A stretch of DNA of 64,000 nucleotides from the human T2T-CHM13v2.0 reference genome, Homo sapiens, in the NCBI RefSeq assembly GCF_009914755.1, contig NC_060934.1; one strand, 5' to 3'. This document shows, piece after piece, positions 1-15,117 of this stretch. Under the pieces are notes generated by a model. That model saw nothing but the letters and a program-made list of their open reading frames with translations, was not told where the DNA came from and made no database searches. The stretch's first letter is position 1, and every line of letters begins with the position of its first letter. Made by a program: the position numbers and the translations under genes.

Positions 1-42
1 CCAAAGTGCTGGGATTACAGGCCTGAGCCATTGCACCTGTCC
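1..42 (-). mobile_element. Alu (partial, cut by the window edge)
   Basis: CCAAAGTGCTGGGATTACAGG. Confidence 0.85.
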
Positions 43-238
43 TGGCTTCTTTAATAGGTATCAATGACATTCTTCATTTCTTCAGCATCTGAGGCCTCAG
101 ATACCAAGTACTAGACTTCAGTAGTTTTAAAGGTAATTATGTGTCCTTAAACAGGCAAACCACCTTCAAAGTTACTAATAGTTTAGAAACATTTTACGTC
201 TTTTTTTTAAATCAATGAGCAGTACACAGACTCTTTGC

Positions 239-282
239 GGGGGGGTGGGGGGGGGGGTGGGGGGTGGGGGGGTGGGGGAGGG
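239..282 (+). repeat. G-rich tract, potential G-quadruplex
   Basis: G7-T-G11-T-G6-T-G7-T-G5-A-G3. Confidence 0.85.
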
Positions 283-610
283 CTATAACTTTGTAAAATG
301 CTGTGTATAGTACCTGGCAGAGTTGGGAGCTAGCAGAAATGTTTATACCACAGAAATCTTACAGTGTTGTGACATGGCTCAGACACACCATGATTTGGGT
401 TTAGATGAGGGTCAGAGAATAATTGAAAGATGACAAGATGGATACTACTGCAGGACACTGACGTGACACAAACTTTAAAGGTCTCATACCAGTGTGACAA
501 AGGCTTACAATATAATTTGGGAAAAAAAGTACTGGAGACAGATCCTATGGGAGGTATCAGCAAGGCCCAGGGTACCATACACTCTAGGAACATAGAAGAT
601 TAGAAGATTC

Positions 611-922
611 TTTTTTTTTTTTTTTTTTAAGAGACAGGGTCTCACTCTGTCACCTAGGCTGTTAGTATAGTGATACCATCATAGCTCACTACAGCCTTGA
701 ACTCCTGGGCTCACGTGATCCTCCAGCCTCAGCCTCCCAAGTAGTGGGAAATACAAGCATGCACCACCATGTCCAGCTATATTAAGAAGATTTTTTTTTT
801 TTTGGTACAGATGGTGTCTTGCTATGTTGCCAAGGCTGGTCTGGAACTCCTGGCTTCAAGTGATCCTCCCCACCGCCCCAAACCCCTACCCTCCTGAATA
901 GGCGTGAGCCACTGTGCTGGGG
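611..922 (-). mobile_element. Alu (J-like)
   Basis: Dimeric Alu with a poly(T) tail. Confidence 0.9.
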
Positions 923-2050
923 TGAATATTCCTAAAACACAGCACATGCAGGAGTCTTATTAGTATCCTTCACAATTTAATTCAATTTCAATAACTGTGC
1001 ATCAAACACCTATTGGGTGTTGGGTACTGGGCAAGTATTAGAAAATTCTGAAATGGAGACTAGTTTCTCAAAATGCTTTTAAGGAACAATTATTAGACAC
1101 TATCTAACAAGGAGGTGAAAGAGAGAAAACAGTTGACCCAACTGGACACTGGGTTATACATATCACCTTTTCTGAATGAACATCAGAAAATAAAATCCGG
1201 CAAGTGTAATAAGAGTATTAACAATTAGAGCTCTCCTGGAATTGCAAGCAGCGGGGCTTGTCCCCTTTGTGGGAACACATTCTAGGCAAGAGGGCAGAAA
1301 GGCAGGAAGAAAGGGATGGAGATGAGCCAGCCGCCTAGATCTTCAGGCCAAGGCTAGATTTCCCCATTGCAAGGGATGTGGAATCAGCCCCTTCCAGATG
1401 GCGCTGCCAATGCTTTCATCACGGGAAAGCTTTATCCTCCTGGTGCAAGGAAACACAGGCAGCCGTCAGCCATCCCAGCGGGAGGGAGAACAAGATCTAG
1501 GGGTGCTAGAAATTCCCTTTGTTCCCTGATGGAATGTTTCCTGTTTGCAGTGCGTCCCCCCACTGTCTTGGCCCTCCTAAGTCACAGGAGGTGGGTGTGG
1601 GGCACCCCAAGGAGCCTCCACCCTGGCACTAAAGGATGTTTTTCAGGCTCAAACTTGCAGGGCTGGTAAGAGTGGGACCTGCCCTCGGGTTGAGTCATGG
1701 GGCTTTCTCACCTTCTCACCAGGGTTTCTTCTTGCTCAGCTGTGCAGCTGCAGAAAGGGCTGAGGGCACTGAAGCTGACAATGGGAGCCGCTCTGCAAGT
1801 GGCCCCAGCTGCTACTACTAACTCCTAATCACCTCAGCCTGGGGCCCCAGCGCTGAATGATAAAGCATTTGAAGATCGCTTCATTGTATTGGTATACCGA
1901 TGCTTATCTATTAGGTGTACAGATGGATTAAGCAGGAAGGTTTTCTTAGGATTTCTCTTCTAGCCCACCAGATTGATTAGCAAAGTCCAGCCTGTGGGGA
2001 GTCATAGAGATGTACTGCTTTTAAGTCTTAAAGACACTTGGATTTCATTT

Positions 2051-2535
<485 letters not shown>

Positions 2536-2615
2536 CTATGAGCCTGGGCAACACACCCACCCCAAGCTTGTCTCTTCCTCAGCAACAAGAGAGTCTCCCC
2601 AATTAAAGCGACTAG

Positions 2616-2760
2616 ACCAGCAGCATCAGCCTCACTCGGAAACTTGTTAGAGGTGTAAATTCTCAGGCTCTCCCCAGACCTACAGAATCAGGAGCTCTGA
2701 GAGGGGTTTTGACAAGCCCTCCAAGTGGTTTCGATGCACGCCGAAGTTTGAGAACCACTG
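2616..2760. mobile_element. MER5A-like hAT-Charlie fragment
   Basis: CAGCAGCATCAGC...AGAATCAG...TTTGAGAACCACTG terminal motif. Confidence 0.7.
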
Positions 2761-3197
2761 AGCTTCAAGAATCCAAGCTGAAGTCAGCCAGATTCCCTGT
2801 GCTAAGGGGGAAGGTGGGCTGATAGATGCAGCCTCTCTCATCTGACACTGGGTTTTCACAGGGTTAGGAAAAAACGCGATTGTAGGTTGTGTTTAAAACA
2901 CAAACAAGGTGTTGGCTCTGACTCTGCTCTAGGTCATTCAGCAGGAGACTGGGAGCGGCTGTAATTCGAGGTAGGGGTCTTGGGCTTTGAATTTCATTCT
3001 CTTTGATCCTTGAAGACAACATTCTCTGCAGTCTTCATGGCCAACTCCCAAGCTTCAGAAAGAATGAGCATTGACCCCATTTTTTTGGATGAAATATTTT
3101 CGAAGAACTTAAGGCAGGGAGGGGTTGACAATGGACCCCAGGTGATGTGGCAGAGGCAGATCTAGGTTTATGGGGCTTGAAGCTTATAAAATTTTAG

Positions 3198-3506
<309 letters not shown>

Positions 3507-3925
3507 TTTAGCGGTTCTACTGAAGAAAAATACAAAACGTATTATGTTCACAGATTTTATAAAAACACATGACCGTGTGAACACACTGCTAAGGTCCCCG
3601 GAGGGCCTCAGCCTGTCCAAGGAGGGGCCTTCAACTTAACGCTCCACTCACCAGAACAGTAACCTCGCCTCTCAGTCCAGGAAGGATGTCTGTCCTCTCT
3701 CTGGTCCTTTAAATTTCTCCTGGCTATGATTGGATCACACCAGCCCACAAGCTAACGAGACAATTTTTAGCTCCTCTTCCTCTCCTGTCTTTTCCTTTTT
3801 GTTATTGTTTACAGCCACTATATATAGTAACATAAATTACCAGGGAAGATTTCTTGCCTTCTTTGCGTGGCTCAGAGACAGCTGCATGGTTCCTACATCA
3901 ATCAGGTTTCTTTCTCATATTCCAC

Positions 3926-4230
3926 TTTTCTTTTTTTGTTTTTTGAGACAGGGTCTTGCTCTGTCACCCAGGTTGGAGGGCAGTGCAGTCACTGCTCACT
4001 GCAGCCTCAACCTCCAGGGTTCAGTGATCCTCCCTACTCAGCCTCCCAAGTAGCTGGGACTACAGGTGCTGTGCCACCACACCTGGCTAATTTTTTTTTT
4101 TTTTTTTTTGGTAGAGACGGGGTCTCATTATATTGCCCAGGCTGGTCTTAAACTCCCTGGCCTCAAGTGATTCTCCAGCCTCGGCCTCCCACAGTGCTGG
4201 GATTAGAGGTGTGAGCCACCGTGCCCGGCC
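3926..4230 (-). mobile_element. Alu (J-like)
   Basis: Dimeric Alu. Confidence 0.9.
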
Positions 4231-4538
4231 ACAATGCCCTTTTCTAACATTTCCAAACCACGGCTGCCTCCCTTCCTCTCTGCTTCTTTCAAACCCACTC
4301 CTCCTCCTGCCATTTCAGTAAATGACACCCCCCTTTTTAAGTCAGTCAGATCCAGGACCTTGGAACTCCTCTGTCCCTCCCAACATCAAAAGACAAAATG
4401 ACTTGGCCAAGGCTGGCGGAAGCGGACGACGGAACCAGATCTCTGACTCGCAATTTCAGAAGGCACTGAATGGAGAAATCATGCCCTGCGACACGATGGA
4501 GAGAGTATTCCGCATTTTTAAAAGCCGGAGAAACCCAC

Positions 4539-4574
4539 CTGGGAGTAGAATGCAGTGTCTCCTGGCACCAGATC
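4539..4574 (-). CDS. FRMD4A: Candidate alternative 36-nt in-frame FRMD4A cassette exon, (G)SGARRHCILLP(G)
   Basis: Branch-like CTCAT at -30, AG-free tract, acceptor TTTCAG|G, donor CCAG|GTGGGT. Phase 1-1, which matches the upstream exon; no stop codon. Confidence 0.6.
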
Positions 4575-4954
4575 CTGAAATTCACAACACACAAGTGGGC
4601 ACATGAGCGGATTCCACTTTTCACCCTTGGACCTGACATTCCCGACAGCTTGCCATGGGCATTGTGAAACGCTCTGGGGGGTACCTGAAGACACTTAAGT
4701 GTGACCAGCAGGCCTTCTTGCACTGCGTGGTTCTACTGATGCTTTTTTTTTTTTTTTTCCCTTCCACTATTTGATTCCTGGGAGCAGTTTTCTCAGATTC
4801 GCATTTGGATCCCAACCTTGGTCTGGAAAGCAAAGCCAGCTTTGGAGCAGCTTGCCCTGCAGTCTCCCCAGCTGCAGCTCTCCCCACCTTCCTGGGTCCC
4901 CTCTGGGGTCCCAGCCATGCTCAGGGGGCGTCCCTCCAGCTGGCCTCTGCCTAC

Positions 4955-5096
4955 CTGAAGACAGCAGGCTGCCGCTGCTGCCGCTGATGATCTTCCCCTT
5001 GCTACCCATGTTGGCCAGCTTCGAGGTCTTCAGCGTCCCCGTCTCGGTCAGGTCGATGGCGATCTCACTCAGGCTGCGTGCTGCATGGATTTTGGA
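4955..5096 (-). CDS. FRMD4A: FRMD4A coding exon (142 nt, probably exon 15)
   Basis: Acceptor CCTTTCCATTCCAG|T and donor CAG|GTAGG. Translates SKIHAARSLSEIAIDLTETGTLKTSKLANMGSKGKIISGSSGSLLSS(G). Confidence 0.97.
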
Positions 5097-5707
5097 CTGG
5101 AATGGAAAGGGAAGCAGGTCAAAGAAGTGACGCTCACCTTGCGGAAAGGACAGTCATCCCTCGCCCGCGCCTGCTCACCGTCTTGACATTCCGCAAAGGG
5201 ACTTATCTCCCTGACTAATGTGCAGCATTTTTGTTTGCATCCCTTGGCCTCATCATTAATCACCGAAACTCTCTGCGAAGAGCAGAGGCAGCTCAAGAGC
5301 TGCATCAATTGAGGATGTTCTAAGCCTCCGATTCTGTAGGCTGCACTGCTTTGTGCTTAAGAGAATGTCCTGATTTAGGAAAAGTGACTTAATCTCATTG
5401 AGCTTTATTATTCCCAGCCACAAAACAGGGTAGATGCCACTCACCACCCAGGGGTTGGTTCGGGTCAAAGGAGAGAAAGTGTGGGAAGGGTGTTCCTCCC
5501 CTCCCAACTCCCCTGTCCTCCCCTCTTCCTCCTTATCTGCCTGGCACACAGCTCTCAACAAACACTGTGGTTATAATTATTTAGTGCTTAAACAAGGAGG
5601 AGAAAATGATTTTCAGTGCTGTGAAAGACCTAAGAGATTTAAACCTCTTAAATAGTTTGCCATGTGGTCATAGAAAGTTTAGCTGATGGAGAAGTGACAG
5701 TGGTTCT

Positions 5708-5911
<204 letters not shown>

Positions 5912-6204
5912 GAGAGAAATGACAATGACAGATCTCTAGACCTGCAATCACAGGGTGCATGATTGTGGAAAAACTGCTCATTTGGATTCTGGGGTCCCAC
6001 CAATGAACGTCTGACACGGTGCTTTGCTTATTTTGATACCTAAGTACATGTTGCCCTAGTCTTCCTATTATGGTTCAAAGGATAATCCCTTTAATCCACG
6101 TTGACTGGCTCTATTTGGTTAAAAGTCACAGCAGGTAAGAATAATTAGAAAAAACTCTATGTTCACATTGACATTCCTAAAAGCAGCGGTTTTTCAAAAA
6201 AAAA

Positions 6205-6512
<308 letters not shown>

Positions 6513-7516
6513 TAAGGTATCTGCTCCAGTTTCTACCTTCGGTAGTGACAATGTGTTTGTTTGCATTTCCCACACGTGTGTCCAATGTTTGCTTGTTTTC
6601 TTCTTCAGGAAATCAACTTTTTGTGAGTGTGCTGAAGGCAACAGGCTTTGCCAGTACACAGAACTTCGTGAAAACAACTAGAAACGGTCACTTGCTCATC
6701 TGTCCTTTCTGTGGCCACTGTCTACAGCACACACACGGACTGGGCGAGGTTCACCATTGTAGCTTCCTGCCTGGCCTGTGGAACCCAAGGTCTTTCCCAC
6801 ACAGGAGAAAGCAGGCATGGGGGCGGTGGTGAAGGCCATGGAGGGGTGTGGACCCACCACTCCTGGATGCCCCGTGTACAGCCTACCTTCCGTGCCTGGG
6901 GGCCCTTACTGTCCAGCCAGGGCTGTCTGAATGCCTGCAGCTCTGCCCTTCCTCTGCCCTCGACGTTGCTGTCCACACTGGCAAGGACAGCGACTTCCGA
7001 CCTCATGTTAACACGATGGAAGTCTGCGGGCTGGAGGAAACACTGAGGCATGGCGCTTGTTTTCTTCACCTGGTGTGAATTGTCTTCCTCCTCCTCCTCC
7101 TCCCTACCCTGTGGGCCTTTCCTCGACTTATGCTTCCTTGCTAACCTCAACTTTTTTCCTTGCATTCAGACTGAAGTCGACTTCCTCAGGCGAATTTCCT
7201 TGTTCATAAAACAATCCTGGCTGCCAGGCCCTCGAAGGATTTTGGCTTGCCGCAGAAGGAAGGAAAAGGGCTTTTTATTTCATTTTGACACAGCCTATCA
7301 TTTGCGCCCATCTGGTTGAGTTTTACCCTCTAAGCAAGCATGGCGAGTACAACCCATGACTTCCTTTCTTTCTACATCGCTCTGTTATGGAGACCCAGGT
7401 TTTAATAAAAAGTAGCCCACTCCCAAACGGTGATGTAACAATAACTCACGAAGGCCTAGACCAATTCAGTGCTGGGTGAAGGGTCTGGGCTCTGAAGTCA
7501 GAATGACCTGAATTAG

Positions 7517-7813
<297 letters not shown>

Positions 7814-8208
7814 GACCTGAATTAGAATCTTGGCTCTTCCCAGTGAATCACTATCGGACTTTGACCCTTCACCTTCCTGATTCTCAGATACATGTTTGTA
7901 AAATGGAGGTCTTAAAACCCACATCCCAGAGTTGTGATAACTAAAGTAGATAATTTATGTAAAGGCCATCGTAATAAGAATAGGATCTGCATTAGGGCCT
8001 GGCTGTAATTTGCTAACTGAGGTTAGATTGATGGCCCAACCAGATATTTTGGGGACCTCATTAATCACATGAAAAACTTATCCCCCTTGTCATACCAGAA
8101 CTCTTGCCACACATCATTCTTAAAACAAAAATATGAGATCAAAAGGCATCCTTCCTAAAGGAGACTAGATTCCTGGAAGCCTTATGGAAGCTTTAGCAAA
8201 CTACTGGA

Positions 8209-8504
<296 letters not shown>

Positions 8505-10074
8505 GGATTCTTTCTAGAATGGAAAATATCACAGCGACCTAACAGACTCGGTGGGGAGAGGACCGGGAGGACATGGGCATTGTCGGGGAGAGTCTCTCTT
8601 TGCAAAGTCAGGTCTCTGGGCTGACCTTAAGGAGTCCCCAGACTCTGGAACATTTTGGTCTGGGAGTCTTGGCTGATACACGTGACTCAGTCTTCTGTCT
8701 GATATTGTGGGAACAAAGCTTCAATGTCCCTGTCCCCCTTTGACTCTGCCTTTGACTCTAAATAAAATGGTGAACTGCATCAGGGAGAGAAAAAAAAAGA
8801 TTAGGAAGAAGGAAAGACGTTTGGATTGGGGGCCAATTCAAGAAGTCCCCACTCTGAGTTCAGAGGGAAAAGTGTCTAATGTCGACTCTAAACATTTTGA
8901 ACTTTCAAATATTTTCCTGCAAAGTCTCTAAGACGTTCCTTGGCTCTGGGCTTCAGAGGCTGCTGGGATCTAGCAGACAACGTTTCTCATCTCTGGGGTC
9001 AGCATAGAAGTTACCAATTATAATTGGTGCCTGTGCAGCTTCTCATTCTGAAGGAGCTACAAATAACCAACCAGCACAGCCTCCCTCCGCCCTGTCTTAG
9101 ATGGTAGAATGGTTTCTTGATGTATATGCATGGAGAGCTGATGGAGGGAGGGAGGGAGAGACAGGCAGAGAGAAAGAAGGAGAGATTTCCTTAAATGATT
9201 TGCACAGTGACCCTGAAAGAAGAAAAAACCCGAGTGTCAGGGGAGCACCTGAACCCTCATGGCTCCCCACCCTTGCTGACTCGAACCACTAGACCTCACT
9301 TGTCTCTCTAGGGTTGATAAACATCATTTGGGAGGCCTGGGCTTTGCTGAAGCTCTTCAGAGAAAGGAATGGTTGGCATGTCCCAGTACAGTAGAGTGTG
9401 AGCAGTGGCCAGGATACCAGCCAGAACTGGCTGCCTAGAAATGTTACGAAGCTCTCTGTCCCAGCCCTGTCGGCCATCACTCACCCAGAGGCCGTGCTGC
9501 CCATCAGAGATCAATCACATCGCTGTTCTATAAAGAACATTCCAGAAACAGAAAGGTGTTGTAATGTAATTCCCAAAGGGTACGTCATCATCTCTGATTT
9601 AATTTGCGGGCCTTTTAGAGAATTTAAACTTCATGCAAGTGTTGGCCAGTGATAGTATGCTAGATTAACTATGACATTAGTAAAAGATGGCACGTATTTC
9701 CTCAAGCAATTTCACAAACGTGGTGCCATCTGACCAATCACTAATTGAGGTCAGGAATTTCCTTTGCTGCTAATTGGGGAAAGCAAAACACCAAGGATGA
9801 AAGACCCACCCGGGGTCCCAGAGCTGGAAAACAGAGGCCTCCAATTCCCACATAGAGGGTTGTGATCCTCACCTGTCACTGCAGGCTGGGGAACTGGTTC
9901 CTGTGAGAAGTGTGAGGGCTCTAGGACATCTGTGAGCATGCCAGGCTTCCTGGGAAATGTTCTCCTTCTCCTTCTGGGAGCGTGGGCATTTTCTTCAGTC
10001 CCCAAGGGTTACTTTTACAAAAGGGACAGCTGAAACATTCCTAATGCTATGGGGCATTTGGTTTTACCTCCTAA

Positions 10075-10444
<370 letters not shown>

Positions 10445-11160
10445 TGAGATATACTTGCTGTGTCAGTGAGTTGACCTGTTAGCCTGTTCAACAACAAGGC
10501 TTGCCAACTGCAGAATGAGCCCATCTTCCCGGGTGCAGCAGGAAAGCCATAAGAACAAGTTTCTTGAAATGCTCAAGAGACCGCCTATGCAAAAACCGGC
10601 GCAGAGAGGAGGAGCTTGAACAGCCAATGCTGTGCTATCCTCAGGGCGAGATACACCTTTTCCTCTGTCCACACTGTGGTACAGTGAGTGGGGGGTCTGC
10701 CGTCAAGGGGAACTGGCAGTGGGGTTCAGGAGCATTGCCCAATCCCCTAACCCCCACCATCCATCACCCAACCACAGAGGGTGAAATTAACGTTCTCAGG
10801 TGTCGACCTCCAACTGTTGCCCCTGGACAGCAAAACCCTGACACCCACCCACTGTGTCAATATCGAGCATGAGTCAAAAACACTTTGGCCCCATTTCTTT
10901 TGATCTAATCGAGCTTCAAATTCCTGCGCTAGGACTAGGACCCATCACTGCCAGGAGAGCTGCGGAGAATACTGTCATTATTCCTAACAACAGAAATTCT
11001 CTGTCCTGCGCTCATTCATCCCAGAAAATGACCAAAAAGGGGGTCAGAAAGTAGAGGACAAGATATTTTACAAAGGATAAAATGACGGCTGCGGGGGACA
11101 GACCCCAATTTAAAACTGAATTATGACTAAAGGGATTGTTTCATTTCTTCCTGTCCTCTT

Positions 11161-11336
<176 letters not shown>

Positions 11337-12386
11337 TGACCCCCAATTCGCTCACTCTCCTCTTCCCCAGAAAAAGAGAAACCCCTTAAAATATGGATAA
11401 GATGGCAAAAGAGAAAGAACCCTAGAGGGCACCGATTCAGTGACTCTTGTGCCCAGTAAGTTGAGCATCTTGCCACCTTCTCCCAAGAACTCACGCGATG
11501 GAGGGAAATCCTCCGTAAGTGCTAGAAACCACTAGCCCAGGGGCCCAGGGTGACCTCAGTCTGTATTCCCCCAGCCCAAGCCAGCAGGATCTTGAGAGAA
11601 GCTGCAGGGCCATCTTGGCAGGGCTCTTCCCCTGAGGGAGAATGAATGGGAGTGGCTTGTGGGGGGCTGACAGGGGAGTCTGGGGAGACAGGGCTGGAGG
11701 AAGAGGGGGCAGAGTGTTGATATAAGCCCTGTGTGAACCAAGGAGACGTCATCCTCTCACCCACCAGAAAACGCAGCTGCGTGCCCAGAGTCAGGGGTGG
11801 TGACATCTCCTTGGAGGAAGTCTGTTTACCAAGGCCCCAGGCTCTAGGTCTACCTTAGGGAAACAGGGTAGTTGCTTTTTTTTTTTTTTTTTTTTTTTTT
11901 TTAACGTTTCCAGTTTTGCATTAAAAAAAAAAAATGGAGTTGGCAGTTGGAACCGCCTGAGGGTTTTCACAGCAATTACCCTAAACAGTTAGGTGGTGTC
12001 TATTCGTTGAGAAAGATTCCTTTTTTCTTTTCAAAAGGAAGATAGTATACCACTGTTTAAACACCAAAAAGGGCTTGCCTTCACGCTGCTAGAGGATTCT
12101 CCCGAGGGCCAAAAGCACAGTGGGAATTCCTCAAAAGGGGCCTACCTGGCTGCAGTCAGCGGCTTGAGCGGCTCTGATGGTGGTCAGAGCCCCCTGGACC
12201 AAGATGCATGGAATGTGCCCTCTTGAAGAGCTAGTCTCATCCCTCCCATCTGTAGCCCTAAGAGGCAAGCCTGTATCTGTGCAAGGTATGGACCCGGGCA
12301 AGGGACATGGCGCCTCCCCCACCCATCCGATCCTCATTCCTAAACTAAGAGAGGCAGACAATGTGGTGAGAGGTCTGGTCACTCAC

Positions 12387-12525
12387 CTTACTCTGCTTTC
12401 TGTCCAGATAGAACTGGTGTTGGCTTATGGCCATAGCCCAGATGGACTTGATCAATGCCGGACATGCATACCACGTGTGCACTGCAATGCCGCTGTGCCC
12501 AAACGTCCTCCTTGTCACTGAAGCC
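12387..12525 (-). CDS. FRMD4A: FRMD4A coding exon (139 nt, probably exon 14), end of the FERM domain
   Basis: Acceptor TTGCTTCCCCAG|G and donor AAG|GTGAGT. Translates (R)ASVTRRTFGHSGIAVHTWYACPALIKSIWAMAISQHQFYLDRKQSK, which is visible inside ORF 12345..12578. Confidence 0.97.
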
Positions 12526-13121
12526 CTGGGGAAGCAAGAATCACAAGGTTCAATCCCATTTCTGTTGAGAGAAACCATTTCTCAGTCAACAGCTTCTGTA
12601 GAGAACCCACTGCGTCCTAGAAGCCCTGGCGTAAAGATGATAGATGAGCTCTCACATACACCTAGGCGTACACACACACACATGCGCACACACCTTACAG
12701 ACATCATTGGCTGGGCAAAGGCCACCTTCTGATTTTCTGACTCCCTAGAGTTCAGAATCTGGCCAAGCCTCGGCCTTGTCTGGGATAAGATGGGTCATTC
12801 TAGGTCAATGGATGGTCCTTTTTCGATCCTGGACTTGGCACTGGGCCAAGACAAACTTCGCAGACAGGAAAACCTTCAATGATGCTCCCTATGAGACAGG
12901 AAATGTGCCTACGGTGGGGATGAGTAAATTATTTTCTAATCACCACAGGCTACAGCGTCCCAGGGAATTGGGACTTCTTATATAACTAACCCAATGTTCC
13001 TTGAAGATTTGGTGATCAATTTCCAATCTATTCAGAGGGCAGGGAGGGTATAAAGAATCAGGAGAAGAAAGGCAGAGAGAAATGTGCCCAGCCCCAATTC
13101 CCCCAACGTCTGTCTATACAT

Positions 13122-13410
13122 TTTATTTATATTTTTCAGATGGAGTCTTGCCCTGTCACCCAGGCTGGAGCGTGCTGGCAAGATCTCAGCTCACTGCAAC
13201 CTCCACCTCCCAGGTTCAACCAATTCTCCTGCTTCAGCCTTCTAAGTAGCTGGGATGACAGATGCCCCCCACCACTCCGGGCTACTTTTTTGTATTTTTA
13301 GTAGAGACAGGGTTTCATCAGGCTGGTCTCTAACTCCCGGCCTCAGGTGATCCACCTGCCTCGGCCTCCCAAAGTGCTCGGATTACAGGCATGAGCCACC
13401 GCACCTGGCC
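13122..13410 (-). mobile_element. Alu
   Basis: TSD CTGTCTATACATTTT. Confidence 0.93.
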
Positions 13411-13586
13411 CTGTCTATACATTTTTAAATCTACATGGAGTAATCAGACTTTAAAAGTGAAAACGGGAACTGTTCATCTCCACATTCATGGAGTTAGGGG
13501 GAGTTATATGGTCATGCTCTTAGTGAAGTATATTTTATAGGATAGGCAGATTATTTTGCAAATGAAATCTAAGAATGTGTGTTTGC

Positions 13587-13589
<3 letters not shown>

Positions 13590-13617
<28 letters not shown>
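13590..13617. repeat. (TG)n microsatellite
   Basis: Direct read. Confidence 0.9.
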
Positions 13618-13620
<3 letters not shown>

Positions 13621-14758
13621 ATGCATGTGAGACAAGTTGACAGGAAGGTGGGCTGGGATTTGGGGCATTTTACATGGACATCAGAAACAAAATGTATGTT
13701 CTCAAGACTAACATATCTAATTTGGAAGAAACCTGGGGGTAATCAGGACTTACAAACAATAACATTTTTTTTCATGGCTAATTTTCCCTTAAAGAAAACA
13801 AAGCTGCCAGCAATATCTTACTTTGGGCGGGGGTCGGGGGTGCTAAAGATTTAAAGTGGAGTCTTGTTCACCCTCACTTTTAAGGAGAAATTCAGATCTG
13901 GTGGTTAATGTTACTGAGTCCACACAGGTTTTTTCTCCCTTCGGTTCCAACAAAAGTGAAGGAAAAAAAAAAAAAAGCCAGAGCGTGAAAGAGCACACAG
14001 TTGAAAATAATTGAAAAAAGGAGCCAGGGAGAGAGCGAGGGGGAGATCCCTCGCCAGTCTCTCTAAATTTAAAAGAAAACAGGGATCTGTGCTCCCAGCT
14101 TGGCTTCCATAGCAGTTCTTGCTCTTGGAAATAAATGAATGACTTTTTTTTCCCCCCAGAAAAGCTGAATTAGACAAGAACAGTATCTTGAAAGGTGGTG
14201 CAACGCTAGGTACCTCCATTTCTCAGGTACCGGGAGGGCAGAAGAGGTAAGTGGCTGGTCAGGTCCGGGTAGTTCCCCGGAGCATCTAAATCAGATACTC
14301 AGAGTTCTTCTCCTGCTCTATCATTACTTTATCTCCTCTCCTCATCTTTCGCTTCAAGCCCTTCCTATTTTACCCAAACCGTAGAAGTGAAATATTGGCC
14401 CAGCCTGGAGAAGCTCAGAAATGAAGCTAAGCATTGAGTTAGGATGCCCAGGGGGAGAAAGTGCACAGTGTTGTCCAGTGCCCCACAGGGAATGGTGCAA
14501 TCACACCTGAGCCCATCGGCCCAGAAAGCAGCCTCTGCCCTGAATCATTCCCATCGATTACATCTTCATTAAATGACCGTATCTGGCGCTGCCCATCTTA
14601 TTACTGCAGTTCTGACTGCCTTCCTGGCTTGGGGGAGGGGCTGAGCCCGGAACACCAAACTAACGTGAGGCCAATCACATTCCTCTTCCCTACCTCAAAT
14701 AAGCAAGGCCACAAGCAATAGGATGACACATTCAACTTAAAAAGCACCGCGAGGTTCA

Positions 14759-15117
<359 letters not shown>

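Noticed and set aside
4767-5009. ORF MGSKGKII... as an independent gene
   Set aside because: Only the first ~18 aa belong to the FRMD4A exon. The rest is intron read-through past the donor at 4954.
11876-11933. Poly(T) followed by poly(A), a potential foldback
   Set aside because: Simple homopolymers with no associated element; the stem would be weak.
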